64,000 nt of DNA. Origin: an uncultured Acidobacteriota bacterium. Lineage in GTDB: Bacteria; Acidobacteriota; Vicinamibacteria; Vicinamibacterales; SCN-69-37. This document shows, one piece after another, positions 19,563 to 28,678 of the stretch. The notes under the pieces were generated by a model. It did not search any database, was not told where the DNA came from, and saw only the letters and a list, made by a program, of their open reading frames with translations. Each line of letters starts with the position of its first letter. Position 1 is the first letter of the stretch. The translations under genes were made by a program, and so were the position numbers. Location of the stretch: NCBI GenBank assembly GCA_963724645.1, contig CAVRVJ010000003.1, positions 1,283,103 to 1,347,102 on the forward strand, read 5' to 3'.

Positions 19563-21132
19563 GCACAACCAGGAAACTCGCCGTCGCCGCCGTTCTCAGT
19601 CTGATTGCCTGGGTCAGCGTCGCCCTCGTCGTCGCGCAGACCGTCAGAATCGACAGCGATCCGTTCTTCCGCGTCGGCGGCCGAAACGTTGTCCGGGTGT
19701 GGCAGGACTTCGTGCTGCGCCAGGGCGAATCCGCGCGCGATGTCGTCGTGATCTCCGGTTCCGCGACCATCGCGGGTGAGGTCAACGGCGATGTCGTCGA
19801 CGTGCTGGGTTCTGTGAAGCTCGAGAGCACGGCCGTCATCCACGGATCGCTCGTCGTGGTGGCCGGCAACGCGACCGTTGACGAAGGCGCGGTCGTCGAA
19901 CGAGACCTCATGGTCTACGGTGGGGCATCCATCCGCCCGTCGCATTCTCTCCGGGCGGTCAGCACATCATCATCGGCAACTCGTGGATGGGAGACCGGGT
20001 GCGGTCGGTCGTGCCATGGGTGACGCGCGGTCTCCTGTGGGGCCGGCTGATCGTGCCGAGCCTTGGCTGGATCTGGGGCCTGATGGCGATGGTGTTCATC
20101 GTCACCCTGGCGATCAACCTGCTGCTCCATGGCGCGGTGGGCCAGTGCGCCGACGCGATTGCGGCCAGACCCGCGAGCACGTTTCTCACCGGCTTGCTGA
20201 TGCTGCTGCTGACCGGCCCAATCGCCGTGCTGCTCGCGGCGACGGTCATCGGCCTGGCCATCGTGCCGTTCTTTGTGTGCGCGGTGGTGGTGGCGTGGAT
20301 CGCCGGCAAGGTCGGTGTGTCGCGATGGATCGGCCGCAGCATTCTCGGCCACGGGTCGGAGGAGACGCACCTCGAGGCCATGCTCGCCGTGGCGCTTGGC
20401 TTCGTGGCGATCTGTCTTCTGTACATGGTCCCGATCGTCGGCATCGTGACCTGGGCGCTGGTCGGCGTCTTCGGCCTGGGCTCCGCGTCGCTCACGGTCA
20501 TGGGCGCGCTGCGCCGGGAGCGGCCGCCCGCGCCGCCGAAAGCGCAGAAGGCCGCGAAGGAGACGACGGGATCGACGCCCCTCGAGACGCCGGTGCCAGG
20601 GGTCGCCCTGGCCGTGGCGTCCGAGCCGGCCGACACGCCCATTCGCGAGGCGGCGCCTGCCTATGAGGCGTTTTCGGCGCCGCCGCCTCCACCGGCACCG
20701 CCGGTTTCACCGCCCGCGGCCGCCGCAGGTCTGGCGCTGATGCCGCATGCGACCTTCATCGAGCGCCTTGCGGCCGGCGCGCTCGACGTCGCCTTCGTGT
20801 TGGTCGTCTTCAACGTGTTTCTGGATCGCGCCTTCTGGTTCCGCCACGACGGCGACGGACAGCTGTTTCTGATACTGGCCTACTTCGTGGTCTTCTGGTC
20901 CTGGAAGGGCACGACGCTCGGAGGCATCGTCTGCCACCTGCGCCTCACGCGCGTAGACGGCAGTCCGCTGGGCGGCGCCGATGCCATCATCCGGGGACTG
21001 GCGAGTCTGTTTTCCTTCGTGCCGCTCGGCCTCGGCTTTTTCTGGATCCTGCGCGATCCGCAGCAGCAAGCCTGGCACGACAAGATCGCTGGGACCTACG
21101 TCGTCAAAGTGCCGAAGGATTGGCCGGTGTAG
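19559..21132 (+). pseudogene. membrane protein with a bactofilin-like beta-helix N-domain, multi-TM core and C-terminal RDD domain; one frame break at the G-run 19922-19925
   Basis: Its ATGA overlaps the anti-sigma stop. Frame 2 reads ...VVISGSATIAGEVNGDVVDVLGSVKLE...DLMVYGG, then frame 1 continues IHPPVAFSPGGQHIIIGNSWMGDRVRSVVPWV... and ends with the RDD-domain sequence (WHDKIAGTYVV). Adding one G restores a single ORF. Confidence 0.7.
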
Positions 21133-21139
21133 GCCTGGC

Positions 21140-22117
21140 TCAGGCCGCGCCGCCGCCTCGCCGCCCCGCGGGCGCCGGAGCGCGCCAGTTCTGCAGCACC
21201 GATCGAACCTGCGCGACCTGGATGCCTGTCATCGCGTACTCGTTCTGGCCGTTGCTGTGGTTCTCGACGACGTACCAGCCTTTGTAGCCGGCATCGCGCA
21301 GCAGTCCCATCTTCGTGGCCAGCGGGCCTGAACACGTGGTGTTGTCCATGTGCACGGCGACGACCCACGGCGCCGACTCCTTGTCCGCCAGGTCCTTTTC
21401 CTGCGGCGTGCCCTGCCACTGGGACATGTGGACCGACAAACCGAAGCCGGGATGCGGCGCGATGGCTTTGTAGAGCTTTTGCATGTTCGGCCAGATTCCT
21501 TCAGGGCCCCAGTGGTTTTCGGGACCCATCTTGAATCCGTTGTCGGCCGCGTACTTCGCGTACTCGCGATAACCCGCGACGATGCCGTCAAAGACCTCGG
21601 GTGTCCACTCGCGGGCAGCGGGCGACGTGCGGTCGTTGTTGCTCGGACCGCCGGCGTCCACCCGCATGAACTCCGCACCGAGAATGCGCGCCGCGTTCAG
21701 GTGCGCGAGGGCGTTGGCCTTGTTCTTCGCGCGCACGGCCGGATCCGGATCCCACACGTGCGTGTTGTCCGTCGTCAGCACACACAACGTCAGGTTGCAT
21801 TCATCGAGCGCTTCGCGCACTTTCTTCAGATACGCCTCGTCGGTGCTCGTGAGCATGCCGTTCCAGATATTGGCGGCGTCCAGACCGTAGCGGTGACGGC
21901 AGCTCTCGAGATAGCCGAACACGTCCATCTTCCCGGCCTGGAAAAGACCAAGGAACGAATACGAGAGGATGGAAATCCGGTTGGCGTCCTTCGCGGAGAG
22001 TAATGGCGGCTGGGCGGTGGGCGCGCCAGTCTGTGCGTGAAGCAGTGAACCGGCGGCCAGCCCGGCGGCGCCCGTCACGGTGGCCTTGAGAAAATCGCGG
22101 CGATGGCTCGACGACAT
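21140..22117 (-). CDS. Tat-signal sugar phosphate isomerase/epimerase-like (xylose isomerase-like TIM barrel) protein
   Basis: N-terminal HRRDFLKATVTGAAGLAAG twin-arginine signal. The body resembles AP-endonuclease-2/xylose-isomerase-like TIM barrels. Confidence 0.8.
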   Translation of the reverse strand: MSSSHRRDFLKATVTGAAGLAAGSLLHAQTGAPTAQPPLLSAKDANRISILSYSFLGLFQAGKMDVFGYLESCRHRYGLDAANIWNGMLTSTDEAYLKKVREALDECNLTLCVLTTDNTHVWDPDPAVRAKNKANALAHLNAARILGAEFMRVDAGGPSNNDRTSPAAREWTPEVFDGIVAGYREYAKYAADNGFKMGPENHWGPEGIWPNMQKLYKAIAPHPGFGLSVHMSQWQGTPQEKDLADKESAPWVVAVHMDNTTCSGPLATKMGLLRDAGYKGWYVVENHSNGQNEYAMTGIQVAQVRSVLQNWRAPAPAGRRGGGAA

Positions 22118-22237
22118 GGCGGCCCCCTTTTGTGTATGCGCTGAGAATCGTGCGATTCTACCGCCATCGGGCCAGCGGTTCGAACGCTTTTGTTGTGGAC
22201 CGACGGTGCGATGATGACGATAGGAGGATCAATCGAC

Positions 22238-22870
22238 ATGGGGGCTGTTGCGCCGGCGCAATGGAACCTGAAGGGCACCCTGATCATCGCCTGCAATTGC
22301 GACTACGGATGTCCGTGCAACTTCAACGCGCTGCCAACAAAAGGCCGGTGCGAAGGCGGCTGGACGTGGCACGTCGAGCAGGGGGCCGTTGACGATACGG
22401 CGCTCGACGGACTGACGTTCTCCGTCTACGCCAAGTGGCCTGGCGCGATTCATCAGGGAAACGGCGAGGCAGTGATCCTTCTTGACGAACGCGCCAGCGC
22501 TGCCCAGCGCGAGGCGATCGGCGCACTCGTGAGCGGCCAGTTCGGTGGGCCCTGGGGCATCCTCGCGTGGACCTGGCCCACGGTGCACGGACCCAAGCCG
22601 GTCCCGTCCCAGATCTCCATCGATGGCATCCACTCACGCCTGAAGGCCGGCGACTCGGTGCTCATCGAGTCGACGCCGATCAGGAACCCGGTGACGGGCG
22701 CCGAGTCGCATCCGGCAATGGTGCTGCCCGAGGGAATCGTCGTCAAACGCGCGGACCTCTGCGCGACCAGCGTGTTTCGCCTCGAGGATGCCATCACGTT
22801 TGATCATTCCGGCCAGTACGCGGCCGTCGGCGCGTTCGAGTTCACGCCTGGCGACGCTAGGCAAGAACAC
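22238..22870 (+). CDS. DUF1326-family protein; 3' end uncertain
   Basis: AGGAGG lies ~11 nt upstream of the ATG at 22238. CNCDYGCPCNFNALPTKGRCEGGW is the DUF1326 signature. The reading frame has no stop until 23368 and would overlap the convergent cytochrome c gene by ~490 nt, so the end given here is approximate. Confidence 0.7.
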
Positions 22871-22879
22871 CTGGACGCG

Positions 22880-23395
22880 CTACGTCCCCTTCAACGAACT
22901 CAGATAGCTGACGATGTCGGCCACCTGCTGATCCGTCAGCTTGCCTTGAACGGACGGCATCAGGCCCTTGTCGACGATGGCGAACTCGCGCAGGTTCGCC
23001 CTAAGGTAGGACTTGAGCTCCTCCTTCGGAGTGATCAACTGCACGCTGATTGCGTCCTGATTGAGCAGTCTGCCGGTGACGGTGGCGCCGTCCTTGGTAA
23101 CGACGCGGACGAACCGGTTTTCGGGAACAACTTCCTCATCCGGGGCCACCAGCGCCTGCCAGAGGCGCTCGGGCGTGCGCCGGCCGCCAAGCTCGGAAAG
23201 ATCCGGACCCAGCCGCGAACCGCGTTCGCCGATCCGATGGCAGTCAAAGCAGCCGCTCGACTCGACCAGCGCCTTACCGCGAGAAGCGTCGCCCGGCGGG
23301 ACGGCCGGGGCCGGCTGCTGGCCTTGGGCGATCAGAGGCGCCGCGCACAGCAGCAGGACGCACGCTGAAGCGAGCCGTGAGTATCCCAGCATCAC
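22880..23395 (-). CDS. c-type cytochrome, secreted, single heme
   Basis: Has a signal peptide and a CFDCH (CxxCH) heme motif. Divergent from the PQQ dehydrogenase gene across a 72-nt gap. Confidence 0.8.
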   Translation of the reverse strand: MMLGYSRLASACVLLLCAAPLIAQGQQPAPAVPPGDASRGKALVESSGCFDCHRIGERGSRLGPDLSELGGRRTPERLWQALVAPDEEVVPENRFVRVVTKDGATVTGRLLNQDAISVQLITPKEELKSYLRANLREFAIVDKGLMPSVQGKLTDQQVADIVSYLSSLKGT

Positions 23396-23467
23396 CCTTG
23401 ACCCAGCGGAGCATACGCCATAGCCTCTCCGAAGTTCCAGACCTTATCAAAATCGAAGGTGCCCGCC

Positions 23468-25138
23468 ATGAAGCTACGCCTGCCGATTCTCCTTGCACTG
23501 CTGGCGTCCGCGCCGCTGGGCGCGCAAGTGACGCCCGACCGCCTGCTCCATCCCGACCGCGAGCCGCAGAACTGGCTCACCTATTCAGGCGGATACGCGG
23601 GCCAGCGCTACAGCCCGCTCTCGCAGATCAACCGGGGCAACGTCAAGAACCTTCAGTTGAAGTGGTCCTACCATCCGCTCTACGCGAAGAACACGAACAA
23701 TCAGAACAAGATGGAGAACACACCGCTGGTCGTGGACGGCATCATGTACACAGGCACCGCGCTCGAGGCGGTGGCTCTTGACGCGGTCACAGGGCGGCAG
23801 TACTGGAAGTTCTCACGTCCGCTCGATCCCAAGGCGTACTACAACGCCTACGAAGTCAACAAAGGCATGGCGATCGCCGGCGACACGCTGTTCTGGGCCA
23901 CGGTGGATTGTCACCTTCTTGCCATCGACGTCAAGAGCGGTCACGTGATCTGGGACAAGGTCCTGGCCGACTACAAGAAGGGCTACCAGTACAACGTCGC
24001 TCCGCTTGTCATCCGAAACATGGTCATTCTCGGACCCGCCACCAATGAGGCAGGCGCCAATTGCTGGGTGGCGGCGTACGACGTCAAGACGGGCCAGGAA
24101 CTGTGGCGATTCGACACAGCGCCAAACTCGGCGAATGCGCCCGAGGCGAAAACCTGGACTGGTGAGTCCTGGAAACACGGCGGCAGTCCCATCTGGAATA
24201 ACGGCAGCTACGACCCTGAAACGAACCTGACGTTCTGGGGAACCGGCAACCCGAACCCGGGCTGGAACGGCGACACCCGCACGCCGGCCGACAATCTGTA
24301 TTCCAATTGCGTGATCGCCCTCGACGCCGATACCGGGAAACTGAAGTGGCACTTCCAGTTCACGCCGGGCGACGAGTACGACTGGGATGCCACGCAGGTG
24401 CCCGTGCTCGTGGACATGGAATGGCAGGGCCGGCCGCGCAAACTCATGCTCTGGGCCAACCGCAACGGCTTCTTCTACATCCTGGACCGGGTGACCGGGC
24501 AATTCCAGATGGCCAAGGCCTTCGTGAAACAAACCTGGAACAACGGCTTCGAGGAGAGCGGCCGTCCGATTAAGAACCCCGCGTTCTGGCCCAAGCCGAT
24601 GGGCGGGATCTTCGTCGAGCCGGGCACGCAGGGTGGCACCAACTGGTACCCGCCGTCCTACAGCCCGCGCACCGGGTTCTTCTACATTCCGACGTGGGAG
24701 AATTCCGGTGGACGTTCCGCGAAGTTCGATGCCGGCGAGTGGAAGGAGGGCGTGCGATATACCGGTTCGACGCCGCCTCCCGGGTACAGCGGACCGCGCG
24801 CTGGTGGGCCCGCGCGGGCGCCTGTCCCCTTCAAGACAGAGGAAGAAGGCTACGGCGCCATTCGCGCCCTGGACGTGAAGACCGGCGAGAAGAAGTGGGA
24901 CTTCAAGATGGTCAGCTATACCGAGTCGGGCGTACTCTCGACCGCGGGCGACCTGGTATTTGCCGGAGGGGTGGAAGGCAATTTTGTCGGACTCGACGCC
25001 AGAACCGGCGAACTGCTCTGGCACGTCAATCTCGGTGGCCCGAGCGCGAGCGGTCCGATCAGTTACGCCGTGAATGGCAAGCAATACATCGTCGGTACGG
25101 GTGCGGGTTCGATGTTCGTGTTCAGTTTGCCCGACTAA
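23468..25138 (+). CDS. PQQ-dependent alcohol dehydrogenase (methanol/ethanol quinoprotein family)
   Basis: Has a signal peptide and NWLTYSGGYAGQRYSPLSQIN, an eight-blade W-motif propeller, GDEYDWDAT at the catalytic Asp region, and GNFVGLDARTGELLW. Confidence 0.9.
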   Translation: MKLRLPILLALLASAPLGAQVTPDRLLHPDREPQNWLTYSGGYAGQRYSPLSQINRGNVKNLQLKWSYHPLYAKNTNNQNKMENTPLVVDGIMYTGTALEAVALDAVTGRQYWKFSRPLDPKAYYNAYEVNKGMAIAGDTLFWATVDCHLLAIDVKSGHVIWDKVLADYKKGYQYNVAPLVIRNMVILGPATNEAGANCWVAAYDVKTGQELWRFDTAPNSANAPEAKTWTGESWKHGGSPIWNNGSYDPETNLTFWGTGNPNPGWNGDTRTPADNLYSNCVIALDADTGKLKWHFQFTPGDEYDWDATQVPVLVDMEWQGRPRKLMLWANRNGFFYILDRVTGQFQMAKAFVKQTWNNGFEESGRPIKNPAFWPKPMGGIFVEPGTQGGTNWYPPSYSPRTGFFYIPTWENSGGRSAKFDAGEWKEGVRYTGSTPPPGYSGPRAGGPARAPVPFKTEEEGYGAIRALDVKTGEKKWDFKMVSYTESGVLSTAGDLVFAGGVEGNFVGLDARTGELLWHVNLGGPSASGPISYAVNGKQYIVGTGAGSMFVFSLPD

Positions 25139-25150
25139 TCTTCGTCTTAT

Positions 25151-25229
25151 ACGGAAAGTCACTTGACTTGACGTGGCAGTGCCTCCGCGCCCTCACGGGC
25201 GCGCGACGACACCACGTCAAGTCAAGTGC
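25151..25229. repeat. nested-hairpin REP/MITE-like element, copy 2
   Basis: Sequence is ACGGAAAGTCACTTGACTTGACGTGG ... CGCGCCCtcacGGGCGCG ... ACCACGTCAAGTCAAGTG. Same orientation as copy 1. It sits between convergent genes. Confidence 0.85.
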
Positions 25230-25261
25230 TGATCAGACATGTCCTGCCCACCTGCGTGATG

Positions 25262-26314
25262 CTATGTCACGTTCAACGTCTTGAGATACGCAATGCTTCT
25301 CAGGGTGACGGCCCAGTCCTGTTCGACAAAGTAATTCTTCAGGCCACCGATTTTGGCGGCCTGAAACACCTTGACCCAGTCAACGCTGTCTTCGCCGACC
25401 GCGAGGCCACCAGGCCCCTCGGCGCCGGCCGCGACCGTTCCGCCGGCCACGGCGGCCCGCCCGCCACCCGCTGCGGCCGCACCACCAGCTGCTGCACGCC
25501 CGCCGCCGCCGGCCCGTGCGGCGCGCGCCGCCTCCTGCGCCGCGAGTTGTTCGGGCGTCGGCTTGACCGTCAGCGTTCCTCGGCCAACCGCGGTCATGCC
25601 GGCACTCGCGTCCACGCCCTGAAGGTGTGCCGAGGCGAACCGGCCGGGGTACATCGTGAAATACATCACCGGGTCGCCAATGGTCCGCATCGACGACATC
25701 TGGAACTGCATCTTCATGACGTCTGGATCGAGGTACTCGAGCAGGACCGGATAGGTCAGCCTGCCGTCGTCGAGTCTCGAGTTCTCGAAGCCCTCGTTGT
25801 GGGTCATCATCTGCAGACCCTCTTTCTTCGCCACCGCTCCGAGCTTGTTGTACTCGTCGCAGGTCTTCTTGACCGTCTCGAGCGTAGTCACGCCATTTAC
25901 CGTCTGGCCGCCCATGCTGGCCATGCTCATGTGGGTCATGCCGATGTCGTGCGCCCATTGGATCAGCGTCGGCAGGTTCGTCCGGACGCCACGGAAATGC
26001 GCGCTGGGGCTTTTCATTCCGCTGTCGTCGAGGGCTTTTCTGACCTGCTTGCCGTCGGTGAGGCTCGCGAATTCGCCGCTGGGCGACACGAGCTCGATGG
26101 TGTCGATCCCGACCGCTTTCATGTCCTTGAGCAGCGAGGCCAGGCCGGCGTATCCGTTGGTCCCGATTCGCGCGCGGTGCGGCCACGCCTGGCTGCCGAT
26201 CGGCAGGCCCAGCGGGTTGGCGTCGAGCTTGATGCCGTTCGCCACCATGAACGTCAGCGCCGCGGATGCGCCTCCCGCGCGCTGCAGAAAGTCTCGCCTG
26301 GAAACGCCACTCAT
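25262..26314 (-). CDS. Tat-signal xylose isomerase-like TIM-barrel protein with an internal Gly/Ala-rich insertion
   Basis: Starts MSGVSRRDFLQRAGGASAAL at 26314. The listed 572-aa ORF extends upstream as an antisense artefact. It is a paralogue in type of 21140..22117. Confidence 0.8.
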   Translation of the reverse strand: MSGVSRRDFLQRAGGASAALTFMVANGIKLDANPLGLPIGSQAWPHRARIGTNGYAGLASLLKDMKAVGIDTIELVSPSGEFASLTDGKQVRKALDDSGMKSPSAHFRGVRTNLPTLIQWAHDIGMTHMSMASMGGQTVNGVTTLETVKKTCDEYNKLGAVAKKEGLQMMTHNEGFENSRLDDGRLTYPVLLEYLDPDVMKMQFQMSSMRTIGDPVMYFTMYPGRFASAHLQGVDASAGMTAVGRGTLTVKPTPEQLAAQEAARAARAGGGGRAAAGGAAAAGGGRAAVAGGTVAAGAEGPGGLAVGEDSVDWVKVFQAAKIGGLKNYFVEQDWAVTLRSIAYLKTLNVT

Positions 26315-26491
26315 AAGCACCCCCGCTTGTGTACCGATCCGTGTCGGCCTCGAGAGCTTCCGTAATCCCGCGCCGAACGCGCCGATTGTGCCACAGTTGT
26401 GCTCACCGACGATCGAAGAGCGTCGCGTCGGCGGCGGTCTCCTCCGCCTCATCCTGTTCCCGAGAGCATCGGCCTGCTTGAGTTGCCGCGC

Positions 26492-27519
26492 ATGCTGTTT
26501 GCCGTTCTCGCCGCAACCGCCGTCCTTCTCCTGCTGGGCCTGGCCTATCAGCAAATCGCGTCGATCGCCGACCGTCGGCGCTTTGCTGACTCGACACATC
26601 TTGTCCTGGTGCCGACGGGCGAGCGGCTGCACATCCAGTGTATGGGTACCGGCGCCCCGGTCGTCGTGCTCGAAGCGGGCATCGCAGCGACGTCGTTGAG
26701 CTGGGCCCTGGTGCAGCCTCGTGTCGCCGAGTTTACACGCGTCTGCAGCTACGATCGCGCCGGCCTCGGCAGAAGCGATTCCGGCACCACGCCCGCCTCT
26801 GCGAAAGCGCACGCGGCGACCCTGGATGCGATGCTCCGGGCGTCGAACATCCCACCGCCATACGTGCTCGCCGGGCATTCGTACGGGAGCTTCGTGATCC
26901 GCGCGTATGCGCAGCAACATCCCGACCGCGTGGCCGGAGCAGTACCTCGTCGATCCGATCCATCCGGCCGACTGGATCAATCCTGGGCCGGAGCTGCGAC
27001 GACAACTCAGAGGAGGCGTGTTCCTCTCCCGCCTGGGAGCACTGCTGGCGCGCGTCGGATTTGTGCGGCTGATCCTTATCCTGTTGACCGGCGAAGCGCC
27101 GGGGGCAGCGCGGGGAGTCGCGCGGCTGTTCGGCTCGAAGGTGGAGGGCGTGCTCAGCCGGCTGGTCGGCGAGGTCCAGAAGCTGCCGCCGGAGAGCTGG
27201 CCGCTCGTGCAGGCCTGCTGGTCTCAGCCCAAATGCTTCACTGCCATGGCCCGTCACCTGGCCGGTCTGCCGTCGAGCGCGCGCGACGTAGCGGAGGGGA
27301 TCGCTCGGCGACATCCCGCTCATTGTGATTTCCGCCGCTCAGGGCTGGGCGGCCCGGCGCGACACGCACGAACAACTGGCGGCGCTCTCATCCCACGGAC
27401 GAGTGATCATCGCTGGACAGAGCGGCCACTGGGCGCACCTGGACGAACCCCAGCTTGTCATCGCGGCCATCCGCGAGCTGGTGGAACAGCACCGGGTCCG
27501 AGTCGCGCCGTCGCGATGA
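26492..27519 (+). pseudogene. alpha/beta-fold hydrolase, two frame breaks (~26945 and ~27296-27299) as assembled
   Basis: Three frames join to a typical hydrolase. They read ...VVLEAGIAATSLSW...LAGHSYGSFV...HPDRVAGAV, then LVDPIHPADW...ARDVAEG, then LGDIPLIVISAAQGW...GQSGHWAHLDEP... Each break is repaired by deleting one base (a CC run and a GGGG run). Confidence 0.75.
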
Positions 27520-27597
27520 ACGCGCTGCCATTCACAGGCCTCTCGTTGCAGACCGTCACGTCAATGCCTATGCTGTCGCAATCGCAGGAGGGCTCAG

Positions 27598-28647
27598 ATG
27601 ACCCATTGGCTTCTCGCATCGACAGCCGTGCTCGGCATCGGGGCCGGTCTCGGCGTGACCTTCGCGCCACAAGCGCTTCCCTCCGGTCAGCCAGGACCCC
27701 ATCAGCCGGCCGGCAAGGCGCCCGAGCAGGGGTATGTGCCCGATGGCTGGGCGCCGCACGAAGGCGCCTTGCTCAAGTACCGCGTCGAGATTCGATTCGG
27801 CGAGGAACCCGACACGATGCCCGACGGGTTCAAGTTCGGGCGCGCCTCGGCCGTGACGACCGACGCCCAGGGAAATGTCTACGCCTTCCAGCGTGGTTTG
27901 AAGGCCGATCCGATCGTCGTGTTCGACTCGACGGGCAAGTACCTGCGGTCCTGGGGCAAAGGCCTCTTCGGGAATCCGCATGGCATTCGCGTCGACAGGG
28001 CCGGCAACGTATGGGTCACCGACAACTCCGACCATCAGGTCTTCAAGTTCTCCAACGACGGCAAGCTGCTCCAGACGTGGGGCAGGAAAGGTGTCGCGGG
28101 CACCGATGACAAGACGTTCAACCGCCCGACCGACATCGCGTGGGACTCGCAGGACAATGTCTATATCTCAGACGGGTACGGCAATTCGCGCGTCGTCAAA
28201 CTCGACAAGACGGGCAAGTACGTCATGGCCTGGGGCACGCCGGGGGACGGGCCCGGACAGTTCCGCATTCCGCATTCCGTCGCCATCGACTCGAAGGACC
28301 AGGTGTACGTCAGCGACCGGGAGAACAATCGGATCCAGATCTTCGACGTCAACGGCAAGTTGCTCAAGATCTGGACCCACCTTGGCTGCACGCAGGGCAT
28401 CTTCATCACGCCCAGGGACGAGATGTGGGTCATCACCCACCGCAATAACAGCGAGAACATCACGTACGACACGCTCGCCGGCCGCTTGATGAAAATCGAC
28501 CTTGTGACCGGCAGGATTCTCGGCTCGATGGAAAGCCCGGGGCACGAGCTGACCGTCGCAGCCGATGGGGCGGTTTACGTCGCCAGCCTGACGGGCAACA
28601 TCTTCAAGTGGTCGCCCGACCCGAGGTGGCCGCAGAGGTCGAAATAA
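27598..28647 (+). CDS. NHL-repeat beta-propeller protein (peptidylglycine lyase-like)
   Basis: Repeated units: PHGIRVDRAGNVWVTD, PTDIAWDSQDNVYISD, PHSVAIDSKDQVYVSDRENNRIQIF. Confidence 0.8.
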   Translation: MTHWLLASTAVLGIGAGLGVTFAPQALPSGQPGPHQPAGKAPEQGYVPDGWAPHEGALLKYRVEIRFGEEPDTMPDGFKFGRASAVTTDAQGNVYAFQRGLKADPIVVFDSTGKYLRSWGKGLFGNPHGIRVDRAGNVWVTDNSDHQVFKFSNDGKLLQTWGRKGVAGTDDKTFNRPTDIAWDSQDNVYISDGYGNSRVVKLDKTGKYVMAWGTPGDGPGQFRIPHSVAIDSKDQVYVSDRENNRIQIFDVNGKLLKIWTHLGCTQGIFITPRDEMWVITHRNNSENITYDTLAGRLMKIDLVTGRILGSMESPGHELTVAADGAVYVASLTGNIFKWSPDPRWPQRSK

Positions 28648-28678
28648 CCGTTGTTTTCCGGCGAGCCAGACTGTCGCG

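Noticed and set aside
25262-26980. 572-aa minus-strand ORF extending upstream of the Tat-signal TIM-barrel gene.
   Set aside because: The Tat signal (SRRDFLQ) and a sensible start lie at 26314. The upstream 220 codons are antisense to the alpha/beta hydrolase gene and have junk composition.
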